A DNA stretch of 64,000 nt from the human T2T-CHM13v2.0 reference genome, Homo sapiens: the NCBI RefSeq assembly GCF_009914755.1, contig NC_060928.1; one strand, 5' to 3'. The notes under the pieces were generated by a model, which had not been told where the DNA came from, made no database searches, and saw only the letters and a list, made by a program, of their open reading frames with translations. The stretch's first letter is position 1, and the number at the start of each line of letters is the position of its first letter. This document shows, one piece after another, positions 60,549 through 64,000 of this stretch. Position numbers and translations under genes: made by a program.

Positions 60549-60678
60549 TTTTACACTGGGGCGGCAGTAGAGAAAAGTAATCGAAAGCCAAGCACAGCAG
60601 ACTATCATGGGGGTAGCCTTCTCTTTGGGGGCTACTTTCTGGGTGCCATATTTTGCTCCTGGAGATCAAATCACTACC
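60549..60678 (-). CDS. HOPX: HOPX alternative cassette exon GSDLISRSKIWHPESSPQREGYPHDSLLCLAFDYFSLLPPQCK
   Basis: Acceptor ttctctcttctcatgaag|GGT, donor |gtatgt, 130 nt; matches the recalled alternative HOPX isoform C-terminus. Confidence 0.82.
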
Positions 60679-61704
60679 CTTCATGAGAAGAGAGAACTCA
60701 TGTAACTTTGGCAGCTTCAATCGAAATTCTACTGCTAAGGGTGGGCCCATTTTCTTCTGTAACCTGTGTGCGTGTGTTTAGTTAACTCTGGATTCTGGTA
60801 TGAGAGCAGCAAGGTTCCAGTTTCATTAATGAGGTAGCTCTGTGGGGGGTTTCAAGGATGCAAGGTCTGATTAAATAGGATTTCCAGTTACTACAGCTGA
60901 AGAAATGGCAGCATTGTAAAGACTGACTAATTAAAATCTGGAGGAGGAAAATCTCACTTTCTATCAGATTTCATTTAAGAAAAAATGGTTGAGCTGGTCT
61001 CATTTAAAAGAGCCACCCACATCTTTACACTATGTAATGAAGCAGAATATTGATGGACTGTTACTGAAAATAACTTCAGCAGGGACCACATTTGTGGTTT
61101 TGTGAGTTGGTACCCAAATGCTTAACAAACTGAGCCCTAACATTGGGGGATGGGAGGAGGTCAAGAAAAGCTCAACTGTTTTTTGAAGATGCGTATTTTA
61201 AATCAAGTATATATATAATAATTTAGCAAAACCAGTTGCAATCCAACAGAAATCATTAAATACCTTGCTTGCTTTTTTCCCTTTAGAGCTGTATCTTATC
61301 AATCTCATGCACATCAGTGCTAATTTTCCACCTGGCTTTATCCTTCTCTTCTTTGTTTCAGTCATCCACTGGGAAAGACATTCATCCCTTGCTTGCTTAT
61401 AAATGAATGCCCTCATTACCCTTGCCCATTGATGGAGATTTATTTACTCTGAATAAACAGATGATAATTAGACACTGTGATGGGTAGGGGCTGGGGCAAA
61501 GGAACATTGTTCCTGTCCTTTTCTCTAGTAACTAACATTTCATTCTTTTCAGGAAGAGACCTTTAGAGGTCTTTATTCCACCGATAAAACATCCAGTGAC
61601 TAAAACCACTGGGTTCTGGGAACAAGCTCAGGACATCAAGAGGAGATAAAAATACTTGGAGACCTCCCTAAGAACCAATTCCAGTTACATTGTGCTTGAA
61701 TTGA

Positions 61705-61737
61705 AGAGAAAGGGAGAGAGAGAAAGAGAGAGAGTGT

Positions 61738-61778
<41 letters not shown>
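61705..61778. repeat. Compound (GA)n/(GT)n microsatellite in a HOPX intron
   Basis: Directly visible. Confidence 0.95.
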
Positions 61779-61782
<4 letters not shown>

Positions 61783-62389
61783 AAATAATAGAAAACACCA
61801 GATCATCCCAACCTCCCAGGGGGCTGAGGAAGGAGATTTCCCAGCCTCTTCTAAAACTGACTTCAAAATAAAAGACATAGGGCTGGGATTCTGTAAGTTT
61901 TCATCTAATTTAAATCTAGGAGATATTTAGATTACTGTATTGAGAAAAACCCATTCTAACATCCCAGTAAATGCAACTTAAAAAGTTATTTCAATTACAG
62001 CACCCTTCACTTTACTTTGAGTTCTTATGGGTGCCACCTCCACCCCCACAGAGAATTTTGTCCTGAAGTGGGACAATTATAAAGAGGCCAGCAAATCTCC
62101 CAAGACAGAGAATGTTTCAACTTCTTAGTCCCGCTTGTCCCTGCCCCAAGTATCGGCCCTGTGAATCAGTTCTGGTAACTATCTTGCAAGAGCACTGGGC
62201 AGCTCAGGCTTCTTTTTGTTGTACTGAAGTATTACTTGTTCTAGGGAAGTTAAGAATATGATTCCATTTCTGGAGGTGGGTGGTGTTGGGGTGGGATGAG
62301 GACTCAGGCACATGAAACAAATGTTAGTTTGGCTTTAGTGACCCTTTCCCATGGAAAGGAGCAACACTAGTAAGAACAGAGATAGGGGA

Positions 62390-62746
<357 letters not shown>

Positions 62747-62891
62747 TTACTTATATGTAGGCCCAGCAGGTCCTAGCCTCCATGGAGTTATTTAAAGGGT
62801 CCTCAAGACCTGCTATAAACAAAAATAATTTTAATGACGGAAAGTTCATCATTGGGCATATGTCTCCAGAAGACACTTTCTTTTTGTAATA

Positions 62892-63223
62892 TTTTTATTT
62901 TTATTTACTTACTTATTTTGAGACAGGTTCTCCCTCTGTAACCCAGGCTAGGTGGTGCAGTGGCATGATCATAGCTCACTGCAGCCTTGAACTTCTGGGC
63001 TCAAGGGATTCTCTTGCCTTAGCCTTCAGAGTAGCTGGGACTACAGGCATGCACCAGCACACCTGTTTGATTTTTTTACTTTTTTATTTTTTATTTTTTG
63101 TAGAGATGGGCAGCGTCTTGCCATGTTGCCCAGGCTGGTCTGAAACTCCTAGCCTCAAGCAATCTTCCTGCCTCAGCCTCTCAAAGTGCTGGGATTACAG
63201 GTGTGAGCTACTGTGCCCAGCCA
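62892..63223 (-). mobile_element. AluJ
   Basis: Antisense dimer; TSD-like agacactttctttt on both sides. Confidence 0.88.
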
Positions 63224-64000
63224 GACACTTTCTTTTTCATAGGAGATACTCTTTAAAAATATAAATGTTGTTTGAGAAGATGAAAGAAGAAATCATTCTC
63301 ATTCACCAGTACCCATGGGGGTAGTGGGGTGAGAGGGGAAAGAATGGGAAATTGAAAGATGACACCCAATCCAGTAAGGGCAAGCAGACAGCCTGTGGTT
63401 CCTAGGAAGTCTCTTTCTCTGAGCTTGCTAAGTGCTGCCTGTCTCTAAGCTCTGGGGTTCCAGATGCTTCCCTGCAGGTCAAGGCAGGAAGACAGAGGGG
63501 CAAGCCAAGCTGTGGTAGCCATAGGGAGGAAGAAGGTGTTGGTCCTGTGGCAGGAAGAGGAAGCCAGGGGCCCTGCTAAGAGGCTGACTCACCCCACATC
63601 CACTCATTTTGGGGCTGGGTCTACCACTTGTTTATTTGAGAATGGCAGAAGTGGGGAAATGGGAGGACTGCCTGAGAGGTGCAGAAGAACCTGCTATGGA
63701 GAGGTCTGAATTGGCTGACCTCAGTCACAGAAAAAAAGCAGGTGCCCTTTTCTTCTTCCTACCCCTAACCGGATTTTATTTCAATTCTCTAATAGCATGT
63801 GAATCTTGAGGAAAGGTTGAATATAGCCTGGGAGGACTGTTGCCTAATGCAGAGGAAAGACAGCACCAAGAGAGTTGTCAGTTGTCTCCTCCTGCTCATC
63901 TAGTGATTTCTATGCCTCCTCTGTAGAGAGAGCATAGCAAGGTGGTTAAGAGTCTGGGCTTCCAGGGTTCAAATCCTGGTCCTGCTGCCTTCTGGCTGCT

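Overview
This is primate, most likely human, genomic DNA recognisable as the 4q12 THEGL/SPMAP2L-HOPX interval. The + strand carries the last three coding exons of THEGL. A full-length, disabled GLDC processed pseudogene (GLDCP1) lies in sense orientation in the intron before them. The - strand carries the last HOPX exon plus an alternative cassette exon. The ~44 kb between the two convergent genes is dense with Alu, L1, L2, MaLR/ERV LTR and DNA-transposon relics, and includes a 3'-truncated FTL retrocopy with a mutated IRE. I found no evidence for a new biological system. The most interesting signals are disease-like alleles in GLDCP1, the HOPX exon that replaces helix 3, and several reconstructable nested or re-used insertion sites. 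Gene and repeat names come from recall, not from searches.
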